A stretch of DNA of 64,000 nt from Candidatus Heimdallarchaeota archaeon (lineage in GTDB: Archaea; Asgardarchaeota; Heimdallarchaeia; Heimdallarchaeales; Heimdallarchaeaceae). Each line of letters begins with the position of its first letter. Position 1 is the first letter of the stretch. Of the stretch, positions 1 to 8,880 are shown piece after piece. Location of the stretch: NCBI GenBank assembly GCA_030603365.1, contig JAUVXV010000007.1:89346-153345 (forward strand), given 5' to 3'. A model generated the notes under the pieces. That model did not search any database. It was not told the origin of the DNA and saw only the letters and a program-made list of their open reading frames with translations. The position numbers were made by a program, and so were the translations under genes.

Positions 1-284
1 ACAATACCACTAGCAAAATTAAGCCATTCAAATGAAGAACCTTCAGATAATTGTCGATACATTGAAGAGACTGAAACAATAGGGATAAAAGTTAGTGAAG
101 CGATATATATTGTTGCTAGAAATTTATAGATTATATCTGGAGATCTTGCTATTCTATCTTTTTCAATTCTTTCCAGATATCTCTGCTGATTACTTCCAGC
201 AGATTGAAGTTGAGCGTGAAGCACCGCTTCTTTATAGACTCTTTTAGAAGCTTTGTACAGTTCTTTATTTCTCAGAAGAATCAC
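1..284 (-). CDS. ABC transporter permease, N-terminal part (truncated by window edge)
   Basis: Manual translation: GTG at 284 overlaps the ATPase TGA (GTGA). Reads MILLRNKELYKASKRVYKEAVLHAQLQ...IIYKFLATIYIASLTFIPIVSV (TM-like) and stays open to position 1. Confidence 0.7.
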   Translation of the reverse strand, partial: MILLRNKELYKASKRVYKEAVLHAQLQSAGSNQQRYLERIEKDRIARSPDIIYKFLATIYIASLTFIPIVSVSSMYRQLSEGSSFEWLNFASGI

Positions 285-1108
285 TTCTTTTTATCATTAT
301 GAAACATCTTCCTAAGATTTTGAATAATATGATTCACTGACTCATCTTGTTGAGTTAGTTTAAGAAAAATCGTTTCCAGATCAGCACCTGCCTTATCTGC
401 CAGTTCTGAGAGTTCTTTTACTGTACCTAAAGCAACAAGTTTACCTCTATCCAGGATAGCTATTCTATCACACATATCCTCTGCAATTTCAAGAATGTGT
501 GTAGAAAAAATAACTGATCCTCCTCTTTCACTATGAAGTTCTATAATCTCTTTTACGACTTTGGCAGATTTCGCATCTAAACCTGTAAGTGGTTCATCTA
601 GAATTAGTAAATCTGGATCATGAATTAAAGAGGCTATAACTTGCATCTTCTGTTTATTTCCTCGAGAAAGTGTAGCTACAAGTTTTTCATAATATTCAAC
701 AGCCTCCAAACTCTCTAGATAATAACGAAGCTTTTCTGTGGTTTCAGCTTCATCTAAATTACGTATTGAAGTAATGAAATCAAATAACATTCGAGGTGTC
801 ATTGACTTATAGATTAGAGGATCTTCTGAAACATATCCTAGTCTTTTTTTAATCTCTATTTCTTCTTTCTCAGGATGGAGTCCGAAAACCTCAATATCAC
901 CTTGATCTAATTCCAGAAGCCCTAAAAGCAATTTCACAGTTGTAGTTTTACCTGCTCCATTGGGTCCTAACAACCCAAATATTTCTCCAGGTTTGACTTC
1001 AAAAGACAAATTATTTACAGCTACAACGTCACCAAAACTCTTAGTAATATTTTGTACTTTAACCATTGGTTCTAATTCAACATTCATCACAATCTTCCCA
1101 CAAGACAA
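281..1108 (-). CDS. ABC-2 type transporter ATP-binding protein
   Basis: Walker A GPNGAGKTT, signature LSRGNKQK, Walker B LLILDEP, H-loop STH. Confidence 0.95.
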   Translation of the reverse strand: MSCGKIVMNVELEPMVKVQNITKSFGDVVAVNNLSFEVKPGEIFGLLGPNGAGKTTTVKLLLGLLELDQGDIEVFGLHPEKEEIEIKKRLGYVSEDPLIYKSMTPRMLFDFITSIRNLDEAETTEKLRYYLESLEAVEYYEKLVATLSRGNKQKMQVIASLIHDPDLLILDEPLTGLDAKSAKVVKEIIELHSERGGSVIFSTHILEIAEDMCDRIAILDRGKLVALGTVKELSELADKAGADLETIFLKLTQQDESVNHIIQNLRKMFHNDKKK

Positions 1109-1175
1109 AAGAGGAACATCCCTCTACGATGATTTAGAGAAAGACACTTATTAATATTTACAATCAAAAGCCCAT

Positions 1176-2585
1176 TTAAATCAGCTTCATTAAAAGAGGA
1201 TTACGCTTAAGTGCTAATCCTATTGCCTTATTTACAAAACTTTTAGGAAAACCTGAATGCTCGAATAAATTTTGAAAAAGTAATTCTGCTTGCTCTTGCG
1301 AATAAAGAGAGAATGAAGTGATAATATATGACATTGAAACTAGTTTTCTTAATTCATTAAAGATTTCAATTGCAGTTTTATTAATATCTTTATCAATATT
1401 CTTCTCATATAATCCAAAAAAGTACTCACTTGCTTGATGACCTTTAACACTACCTTCAATGAGATTGATAACAACTATCTCACCAAGCTGATTTTTTGTT
1501 AGGATAAGTTTATCAAAGAGTTCTTTGTTCATCCCACATAATCCAACATCAAGTTCTGAAACAATATTAATTGCATCTTCTTCATTATCTACCCATCCTT
1601 TAACTTTTATTGCGAGGTGTTGGTTGAAAATTGAGAGTGTATCAATTGTTATCTTAACTGTTAATTTATCACCTACAACAATCACTTTTTTTCCTGTTGT
1701 TACGGAATACAATACTTGATCTAGATTTTTTAATATAGCATTTGAAAGATACGCTAATGATAATTCCTCAACATCGGTATGAGTAAAATGGTTCCCAGAA
1801 TCTTCTATATTTTGAATAAGATCGAGAACATCTAACATTTCAAATCTATAATCTTGATCAGATAGAATACGCAGTTTCTCCTCAATCAAAGGAAACAATC
1901 TGAAAACTGTATGATCTAACTCTGGAGAAAACCTCAGTATTCCTACGTTTGTCCTCATTTCATCCTTCTCAATAACTAATAGTTCTGAAGTTTTTTTCTC
2001 AGGAACAAATAACAGAAGTCCTGTTAACTGATTTTCAAAATCATATTTGATTCTATGGTTAATAATCATATCAAGTGTTTCTTTGGCTTCTACTTTTTTA
2101 CCAACAGATTCAATTATTTCAGTGTCTGTTTCATCAAAATGAATCAAACTAAACACCTTGGGTTCTGATTCTCGTAAAGGATTTTTAGAGAAGAATAGAG
2201 GTAAATTGTAGATATCATGCAAAATGTGTTCGAGTATTAGAGCTGCTTCTCCTTCAGAAATCAGATTTTCATCCCTATCTTCAAGCAAAGGACTTGCACT
2301 GAAATGAATTTGTTCCAGGATTTGTTCAAGATGTCGCTCTGAGAATAGAGTTTCTTCTACTTTAGTTTCAAGAATAAAAATAAAATCATAAACTTCAACA
2401 AAGGAGATGTTTTTGTCATGATAAGAAATTGATTGAAGTTCTTGACGGTGAACTTCTTTAGCGAAAGTGATAATTGCACTAATCAAACCTGAGGCTAAGA
2501 TGTGCCTAGTATCATCAGCTGATTCGGGTTTAGTAGCTAACAACAATCCTGAACCTGAAACCAGTGAAAGTTGCAAGTTTCGCAT
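1176..2585 (-). CDS. Longin + DENN-like domain protein (paralog A)
   Basis: N-terminal Asgard longin pattern (LSLVSGSGLLLA...LASGLISAIITFAKEV...LQSISY). The C-half resembles cDENN (LDQVLYSVTTGKKVIVVGDKLTVKITIDTLSIF; VVINLIEGSV). Paralog of 3443..4849. Confidence 0.65.
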   Translation of the reverse strand: MRNLQLSLVSGSGLLLATKPESADDTRHILASGLISAIITFAKEVHRQELQSISYHDKNISFVEVYDFIFILETKVEETLFSERHLEQILEQIHFSASPLLEDRDENLISEGEAALILEHILHDIYNLPLFFSKNPLRESEPKVFSLIHFDETDTEIIESVGKKVEAKETLDMIINHRIKYDFENQLTGLLLFVPEKKTSELLVIEKDEMRTNVGILRFSPELDHTVFRLFPLIEEKLRILSDQDYRFEMLDVLDLIQNIEDSGNHFTHTDVEELSLAYLSNAILKNLDQVLYSVTTGKKVIVVGDKLTVKITIDTLSIFNQHLAIKVKGWVDNEEDAINIVSELDVGLCGMNKELFDKLILTKNQLGEIVVINLIEGSVKGHQASEYFFGLYEKNIDKDINKTAIEIFNELRKLVSMSYIITSFSLYSQEQAELLFQNLFEHSGFPKSFVNKAIGLALKRNPLLMKLI

Positions 2586-2679
2586 AGTTATTTCATTTAA
2601 AGTATCATTTAAGTAAATTTCTTTAGTGCTAATCCATTGAGAAAGATTTTTTTTTGGAAAGAAAATATCTTAATCCCGA

Positions 2680-3435
2680 ATGAAAACTAGCACTATCCTC
2701 TATCAAGAACTAGTTCATAATGCTTGGGCTGCAGAGCATAATGTTCTCTATAAAGGATGGATATTAAGACTATCAGAAGGGATTACACAAAGAGCAAATA
2801 GTGTTCTAACAATCAGATATCTGGGAAATGATGTAATAACTGATATTCGTAATATAGAAAATATATTTCAGAGTAGAAATCTTCCGCCTATTTTTCAAGT
2901 AGCAGATTATTTTGAACCTTCTAATCTAATTAAAATTTTGATTGGTGAAGGATATCATGCCAGAGATGAAACTATAGTTATGAGTAGAAGTACTGAAATA
3001 TCACAGAATATTGAAAAAAATGAAAATTTGACTTATTTGATTGAGGAAGGAGTCCCAGATATATGGTTTAAATCATTAACTAAATTTAGTTCCTCATCTG
3101 AAATAAGGATTAAAGGTATCGAGAATATAATTAGCAGATCTTCTGCAGAGAAAATAACATGTTTTGCTCAAGATGGTAATGAGATAACAGGAATAGTTTT
3201 AGGACTTAGGGAAGGAGATTATATTGGGATATATAATCTAACAGTGGATTCCCAAAGAAGAAGAGAAAGAATCGGTAAGAGCATAATGTTGAAACTAATG
3301 GATTGGGCACACAAAAGCAATATAGGGGTGGTTTATCTTGCTGTAGAAGATGACAATGTAGGTGCTCGAAAATTATACCAAAAGCTGAATTTTGAAGAGA
3401 AATTCAAATACAGATATTTTGTTAGAGAAGAATAA
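2680..3435 (+). CDS. GNAT family N-acetyltransferase
   Basis: Motif A VDSQRRRERIG; C-terminal YLAVEDDNVGARKLYQKLNF; N-terminal GWILRLSEGITQRANSV typical of this GNAT subfamily. Confidence 0.9.
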   Translation: MKTSTILYQELVHNAWAAEHNVLYKGWILRLSEGITQRANSVLTIRYLGNDVITDIRNIENIFQSRNLPPIFQVADYFEPSNLIKILIGEGYHARDETIVMSRSTEISQNIEKNENLTYLIEEGVPDIWFKSLTKFSSSSEIRIKGIENIISRSSAEKITCFAQDGNEITGIVLGLREGDYIGIYNLTVDSQRRRERIGKSIMLKLMDWAHKSNIGVVYLAVEDDNVGARKLYQKLNFEEKFKYRYFVREE

Positions 3436-3442
3436 ATGAATA

Positions 3443-4849
3443 TTAGAGCAGATAGTCCAAAAGAGGGTTTCTTCTTACTGCCATTTCTAATGCTTTCTTA
3501 ATAAAAGTTGAAGAATATCCTGATTGAGAACTTATCTCTTTCAATTTCTGTTTACCTTTTACTTCATCTACTAAACTAATTGATGTCATATCAAGAGAAA
3601 GTGCTACTAGTTTTTCCAGATCTAGAGCTATTTTTGTAACTATTTCTGCTATTGATAGTTTCTTTATTGTATCAAATAATTTTTTGAAATGATGGCTTGA
3701 TTTAGCTCCAGTAACTCGACTATTTACTAGATTGATGCATACATCTGTTTCCTTAATTGTTTCACTACTTAGGAGCGCGTTATAAATTTCTGTAGACATT
3801 CCACACATTCTAGCCGAAAGATCACACTTTCCATTTTGAGAAAAATCGTCAGCAGATATCCACAAATTGACAGAAGTTTGTAGGTGCTGTGTGAATATGG
3901 ACATAGAATCAATAACAAGTTTTACTGTTGGTTTATCTCCTACAATGAAAATTGGTTCTCCAATAACTGCAGAATAAATTGCTTTATCAAGATTACGTCC
4001 TACAGTTCTAACTAAGAATGAAGGAGATAAATCCTCTAGATTTATTCTTGATAATCGATTTCCTGGATCATCGATGTCTTTTAACGTGTTTAATATGCGT
4101 TCCATACTCAAAATTTCTTTGTCTTCTGACATTACTGAAAGCATTCTATCCATCATAGTAAACAGCCTGAATAACACCAAATCTAATTCACGTGATATCT
4201 TTAAAATTCCTACACGAGAAGTTTTTCCATCTGTGTCAATAACAGTATATGTAGTACTCTTTTCTTCAGGTATATGTGTTAGTATTCCTTTTAACCCATT
4301 AATACATTTTTCATTTGCTTTTAAGGTATCAAGCATCAATGCAATTGTTGGTATAAATGATCCGGAACCCACCTTATCTTTAATTTCCCAACCTTTGTCT
4401 GTATGAAATAATGTGAAATAAGCACTTTCTGACATTTTTAGAGGTTGTTCAGTGATTGAATAATGTAATAATTGAACACCTTGTAGACATTTATCTAGAA
4501 TTATAGCAGCTTCTCCTTCAGTTATTATATTTGGGTCAACTCCTTCTAGAATTGGTTCTGTACATTCTTTTAACTGTTGGAGTAATTGTCCAAGCTTTTG
4601 TTCAGAAAGTGTTGCTTCTTCATCAATAGTTTCCAAAATTAAGACGAATTCGTGTACTCTTACAAATGAAACAGTACGATCATGATAAGAGATAGACTGT
4701 AATTCTCTATGATGTACTTCTTTAGAAAAAGAAATCAATGCTGTCATTAAGCCTGTTGCTAAAATCTGTCTTGTATCATCTACAGCTTCAGGTTTTGAAG
4801 CTAGAAGTATACCTGAAGAAGTAACAAGAGATATCTTAATGTTTAGCAT
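3443..4849 (-). CDS. Longin + DENN-like domain protein (paralog B)
   Basis: Same architecture as 1176..2585 (ISLVTSSGILLA...LATGLMTALISFSKEV; LDKAIYSAVIGEPIFIVGDKPTVKLVIDSMSIF; VCINLVNSRV; C-terminal RNPLL). Confidence 0.65.
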   Translation of the reverse strand: MLNIKISLVTSSGILLASKPEAVDDTRQILATGLMTALISFSKEVHHRELQSISYHDRTVSFVRVHEFVLILETIDEEATLSEQKLGQLLQQLKECTEPILEGVDPNIITEGEAAIILDKCLQGVQLLHYSITEQPLKMSESAYFTLFHTDKGWEIKDKVGSGSFIPTIALMLDTLKANEKCINGLKGILTHIPEEKSTTYTVIDTDGKTSRVGILKISRELDLVLFRLFTMMDRMLSVMSEDKEILSMERILNTLKDIDDPGNRLSRINLEDLSPSFLVRTVGRNLDKAIYSAVIGEPIFIVGDKPTVKLVIDSMSIFTQHLQTSVNLWISADDFSQNGKCDLSARMCGMSTEIYNALLSSETIKETDVCINLVNSRVTGAKSSHHFKKLFDTIKKLSIAEIVTKIALDLEKLVALSLDMTSISLVDEVKGKQKLKEISSQSGYSSTFIKKALEMAVRRNPLLDYLL

Positions 4850-4954
4850 TAGGTGGTTTTAGAAATTAGTTATATAAATAAATTTACTTTAGACTAAGAG
4901 CAGAAAAATCAAGTTAGTATTAATAATAATTGAAGAAAAAGATAGAAAATAAAC

Positions 4955-5140
4955 TTATTTCATGTTCTTTTCTTGATTTCGTTTATCACGAATCTCATCT
5001 AGTACTTCAAGAGTGATGGTAGCTACACCTCTCTCCTTAGCTTGTTCTACTATTTGAGTCATAGCTTTTTTCAAGAAAACCCTAGTAATAGTGACTATTT
5101 TTGCGCAAGCTTTATCTGTCCAATAAACCTCGGAATCTAG
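4955..5140 (-). pseudogene. Small PCP_red-like helical domain ORF lacking an in-frame start codon
   Basis: Manual translation LDSEVYWTDKACAKIVTITRVFLKKAMTQIVEQAKERGVATITLEVLDEIRDKRNQEKNMK*. Fits the W-T-x-x-A...A-x-E-x-G-x-x-x-I-T-x-E-V pattern. An in-frame TGA lies immediately upstream. Confidence 0.5.
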
Positions 5141-5156
5141 TCACTTGTCAATATTA

Positions 5157-5990
5157 TCAGTTCTTAGTATTTTGTTGATATTGCATTTCAAACCAAGATT
5201 TCTTTCGTATCAACTTTCTGTACCAAGCTGGCATTACCCACCCAAGATACATTGCAACATAAGCTGTTGCATATGAGATTGCTCGAAAAGCTGAAATTGT
5301 AATCATCAAAGCTGGAATATTAGGAATACTACCATGCAAAGCTGAAAACAACCACGCTAATAGATATAAAAACACTCCAACACTAATTGTTTGTAATCCT
5401 CTCTTTCTAATAGGGTGATCTGATTTTCTTGCAAGCCTAAAAGCTCTAAATCCTATTCTACCTGTAACAAAAATTGAGACTACTATTTGGACTAAAAGGA
5501 TGGGCCAAGTATATGAAATTGCAAATACATTCTTAGTGATGTAGGTTGGTTCAGAATACAATGAATGTGTATATATATTATCATAAGCAATTACAGCAGT
5601 AACAATACCATAAACTACCATTATTACAGCAAAAATATAGGTTTTGATAATTTCATTATCTTTTAAAATATGTCTACAGCCAAAGAAATAGAGAAATGCA
5701 AATGCAGGGAGGATAATTAATGGAGTTAAAGACCCTATCTGATAAATAGTATCAGTCATCACACCTTCATTGTAAATGAGCGAAATACGGTATGCAATAC
5801 TAAAAGCTGATGCTAAAGAAAATAGGAAGTAGGATGAAAGTAACATGAATGTGCCTACAGTTTTCTTGCGAAAGAAGTTGACTAAGAGCGTGATAACTAG
5901 TGCTAGACTGAAAGCCATGTTTATTACAGATGTAATAATTATGAAAAATGATGCAGGTTCTATTGCTGAAAGATCTACCATCATCATCAC
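5157..5990 (-). CDS. Seven-transmembrane receptor-like membrane protein
   Basis: Seven hydrophobic segments, a basic loop between TM5 and TM6 (RAFRLARKSDHPIRKR), and YLGWVMPAWYRKLIRKK after TM7 (amphipathic helix). Confidence 0.75.
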   Translation of the reverse strand: MMMMVDLSAIEPASFFIIITSVINMAFSLALVITLLVNFFRKKTVGTFMLLSSYFLFSLASAFSIAYRISLIYNEGVMTDTIYQIGSLTPLIILPAFAFLYFFGCRHILKDNEIIKTYIFAVIMVVYGIVTAVIAYDNIYTHSLYSEPTYITKNVFAISYTWPILLVQIVVSIFVTGRIGFRAFRLARKSDHPIRKRGLQTISVGVFLYLLAWLFSALHGSIPNIPALMITISAFRAISYATAYVAMYLGWVMPAWYRKLIRKKSWFEMQYQQNTKN

Positions 5991-6515
5991 CTAGACAAAC
6001 TCATCAACAAACCATTTGAAGGCATTGAATATTCCTTCTCCTGTCTTTGCTGAGGTTTCAAAAACTGCCCATTTAAAAGGTAAATCCAACAACTTGAATT
6101 CTTCAATAAAGAGTGATTTTTCTATAACATCAGATTCATCACTCTTATTGAGTAAAATTAATATTATCAAATCTTGATCCAATTGTGCGTGAATGGTTTG
6201 TTCAAACACATCCTTTGCCTCATCAAATCTCATAATATTAGATCGATCAATAACGAATACAATTCCATCAGATTTTTCGTTGATATTGTGCCACATATTT
6301 CTGAAATCTTCCTGACCAGCTAAATCAAAAACGTTAATTTGTAAATTTGGTAAGTGTAAGGTTTCTCTATTCACACCCATAGTTGGAGTTGTTTCAACGA
6401 ATTCACCAGTTTCTAGAAACTTTAGTATAGTTGTTTTACCAGCATCATCTAGACCACAGATTGTTATATCTGCATGTTTTGTTCTGCTTCGAAATAGGTT
6501 TAGTAAGAACGACAT
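5991..6515 (-). CDS. Arf-related small GTPase
   Basis: G1 GLDDAGKT, G2 PTMG, G3 DLAGQ, G4 NKSD, G5 SAK; RxxW switch II (FRNMW); N-terminal amphipathic MSFLLNLFR. Confidence 0.92.
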   Translation of the reverse strand: MSFLLNLFRSRTKHADITICGLDDAGKTTILKFLETGEFVETTPTMGVNRETLHLPNLQINVFDLAGQEDFRNMWHNINEKSDGIVFVIDRSNIMRFDEAKDVFEQTIHAQLDQDLIILILLNKSDESDVIEKSLFIEEFKLLDLPFKWAVFETSAKTGEGIFNAFKWFVDEFV

Positions 6516-6528
6516 ATTTTTCCCTCAA

Positions 6529-7023
6529 CTAATCCCACAAATCATCAGATAGCTTATCTATCGCATTACCATTCTTGTCATTTCCTTGTTTTGGAAAATC
6601 AAATTTTATGGTTGACGTAGAAGTTATCTCTATTTTGAACTGTCCTTTGCTAAATCCTTTGTAAAGTTTCGGTAAAATTCCTTCCAAAGTACTGGTTGCC
6701 AATAGATCTTTCTTTTCAAGTTCTGTTACTACCCAAGAGAACACTTGTTTAATAGAAGTAGCATCATAATCAGTCGTATTGAATACAGCAACTAATGAAG
6801 CAAGATTATCTCTTTGATCAGCAGTAGGTATGCGAAATATATAACTTGTCAAATTTAGATCATTAAAAGTCGTTGAAGCAAAATCCCCTGGGTTTGATCC
6901 CATCGGGATAGTTTTGTAAACAAGCTGACTCATTGAATCAGTAGGTATAACATCGGGGAAAGATTTGACTAACTCTAATCCCCTTGCGCCCATATTAATT
7001 AGACATAAACTTAATGGTTTCAC
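6529..7023 (-). CDS. Stand-alone longin/uDENN-like protein
   Basis: Beta-beta-alpha-beta-beta-beta-alpha-alpha pattern (LSLCLIN..RGLELVKSFP; SYIFRIPTADQRDNLASLVAVF); 13 nt upstream of the GTPase. Confidence 0.55.
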   Translation of the reverse strand: MKPLSLCLINMGARGLELVKSFPDVIPTDSMSQLVYKTIPMGSNPGDFASTTFNDLNLTSYIFRIPTADQRDNLASLVAVFNTTDYDATSIKQVFSWVVTELEKKDLLATSTLEGILPKLYKGFSKGQFKIEITSTSTIKFDFPKQGNDKNGNAIDKLSDDLWD

Positions 7024-7131
7024 TCAAATCCCCTTACTATTACTCAAAACAGTTCATCCGTTTAAATATCTTTTTAAAACTGCAAAACGCTATTTCTAAG
7101 GGGTTTATCCGCGATTTCAAGCATTTTCGAA

Positions 7132-7175
7132 TGTGCAGAGAAATGCACAATTGACGTTTTATTGAACGATGTTCA
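7132..7175. promoter_or_regulatory. Two inverted repeats in the divergent intergenic region (candidate operators)
   Basis: TGTGCA-N6-TGCACA at 7132-7149 and TGAAC-GAT-GTTCA at 7163-7175. Confidence 0.35.
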
Positions 7176-7461
7176 GTCTAATGCACAAATTTAATTTTAT
7201 TGACTTTAAAAAAACAATAAAAAGAATAATGAAATAGCTAATATATTAGCAGATAGCACATTCATTTAATTGTTTAGTTAATTTTTTTAGGATTACAGAG
7301 CCCACATACTTACAAAATTCTTAGGTTTGAAGTAGTCTGCTGACAAAAAAAATTAGTGCAGTTTTCCTAAACAAACTCACGTTGATTGGATAGCTTTATA
7401 AATTTCTTAGGAAGAAATGTGTTTGGTTAAAGATTTAATTTTAACTGAATGGTGAAATTAA

Positions 7462-8880
7462 ATGGAAAAAGATTATGTTTTTGATCTATTAAACAAAGCA
7501 GTTGATCAAGGTCATAAACTTGGTGCAGACTTTTTAGAAGCTAGATATGATGATTTACAATTAACTACAATAAATTTAACAAATGATATCATTAAACAAT
7601 CCTCTTCTATAAATAGAAAAGGTATTGGTGTTATGGCTTATTATCAAGGTACACCAGGTTATAGTTTTACTCCTGAATTAAGTTCAGAAGGTGTGGCAGA
7701 AGCTACAAAGAAAGCAGTAAAACTAGCAAAGTCAACTGATATAAGAAATAAGCTTAAGCTTGATTTTGATAAGATTAAACCAATCAAAGATCATATAGAA
7801 GTTAAAGCTAAAAAACATCCAAAAGACTATGAATTTGATGATAAACTCGCTATGCTAAAACGAGGAGTTTCAGCCATCAAAGAACAAGTAGATGCAACAA
7901 GTACTACTGGAATGTATGGAGAGATGTATGGTGAAAAGTTCTTCATTAATTCTGAAGGATCTGAGATTTATTGGGTTCCAATGATTGTTGACATGAGAAT
8001 GGTTGCTGTTCTAATTAGTGAAGGACAACAAGCAATGGGTGCAGAAGGAATAGGAGCTTCTAAAGGTCTTGAGCACTTTGATGAAAAAGGACGTTCTCCA
8101 GAAGACTTCGGAACTATTGCAGGAAAAGACTGTAAAGATTCTTTGAACGCTGTTGCAGCTCCTACTGGCAAAACAACAACTCTTGTATCTCCTCAAATGG
8201 GAGGAGTAGTTGTTCATGAATCATTTGGTCATTTATCAGAAGCAGACTTTGTTGTTACTGGTCAATCTCCAATTGCAGATAGAGTGGGTGAACAACTTGG
8301 AAGTGAGCATGTTACAATTATCGATGAAGGCGTTCCTGAACAAGGAGGTTTGTTCTTTCCATATGATGATCAAGGAACTAAAACTGGAAAAACCGTTCTA
8401 GTTGAAGATGGAATTCTGAAAGGATATCTTCATAATAGAGGTACTGCTAAGAAAATGAACTCTGAATTAACTGGAAACTGCAGGGCAATAAACTTCTTGT
8501 ATAATCCTATAGTACGAATGAAAAATACTTACTTTGGAGCAGGAAATCTAACTTTTGAAGAAGCTCTAGAAGAAGTAGGTACAGGAATATATGCAGTAGA
8601 TATGTCTGGAGGACAAGTTGGATTAGATGGAAACTTCATGTTCAATTGTCGCAAAGGATATCTCATCGAAAATGGAGAGATAACTAAACCCATAAAAAAT
8701 TCCTCTTTATCTGGAAATATTTTAGAATTACTCAAATATATTAAAGGTGCAACCAAAGATATTGAAATTCGAACTGGTTATTTTGGTGGATGTGGTAAAA
8801 ATGGTCAAAATGGTTTACCTGTTGGTTTAGGTGGTCCTAATGTAATTATGGATCAAGTTCTTGTTGGAGGTGCTCAATAA
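7462..8880 (+). CDS. tldD: TldD metalloprotease (copy 1)
   Basis: HESFGHLSEAD (HExxGH), YDDQG, RMKNTY, C-terminal GCGKNGQ.LPVG.GGP. Confidence 0.93.
   Translation: MEKDYVFDLLNKAVDQGHKLGADFLEARYDDLQLTTINLTNDIIKQSSSINRKGIGVMAYYQGTPGYSFTPELSSEGVAEATKKAVKLAKSTDIRNKLKLDFDKIKPIKDHIEVKAKKHPKDYEFDDKLAMLKRGVSAIKEQVDATSTTGMYGEMYGEKFFINSEGSEIYWVPMIVDMRMVAVLISEGQQAMGAEGIGASKGLEHFDEKGRSPEDFGTIAGKDCKDSLNAVAAPTGKTTTLVSPQMGGVVVHESFGHLSEADFVVTGQSPIADRVGEQLGSEHVTIIDEGVPEQGGLFFPYDDQGTKTGKTVLVEDGILKGYLHNRGTAKKMNSELTGNCRAINFLYNPIVRMKNTYFGAGNLTFEEALEEVGTGIYAVDMSGGQVGLDGNFMFNCRKGYLIENGEITKPIKNSSLSGNILELLKYIKGATKDIEIRTGYFGGCGKNGQNGLPVGLGGPNVIMDQVLVGGAQ

Noticed and set aside
4955-5140. Chlorophyll biosynthesis implied by the PCP_red-like domain
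   Set aside because: This small domain occurs widely outside phototrophs, and no bch/chl genes are in the window.
5157-5990. Microbial rhodopsin
   Set aside because: There is no retinal-binding Lys in a DxxxK or SxxxK context in TM7.
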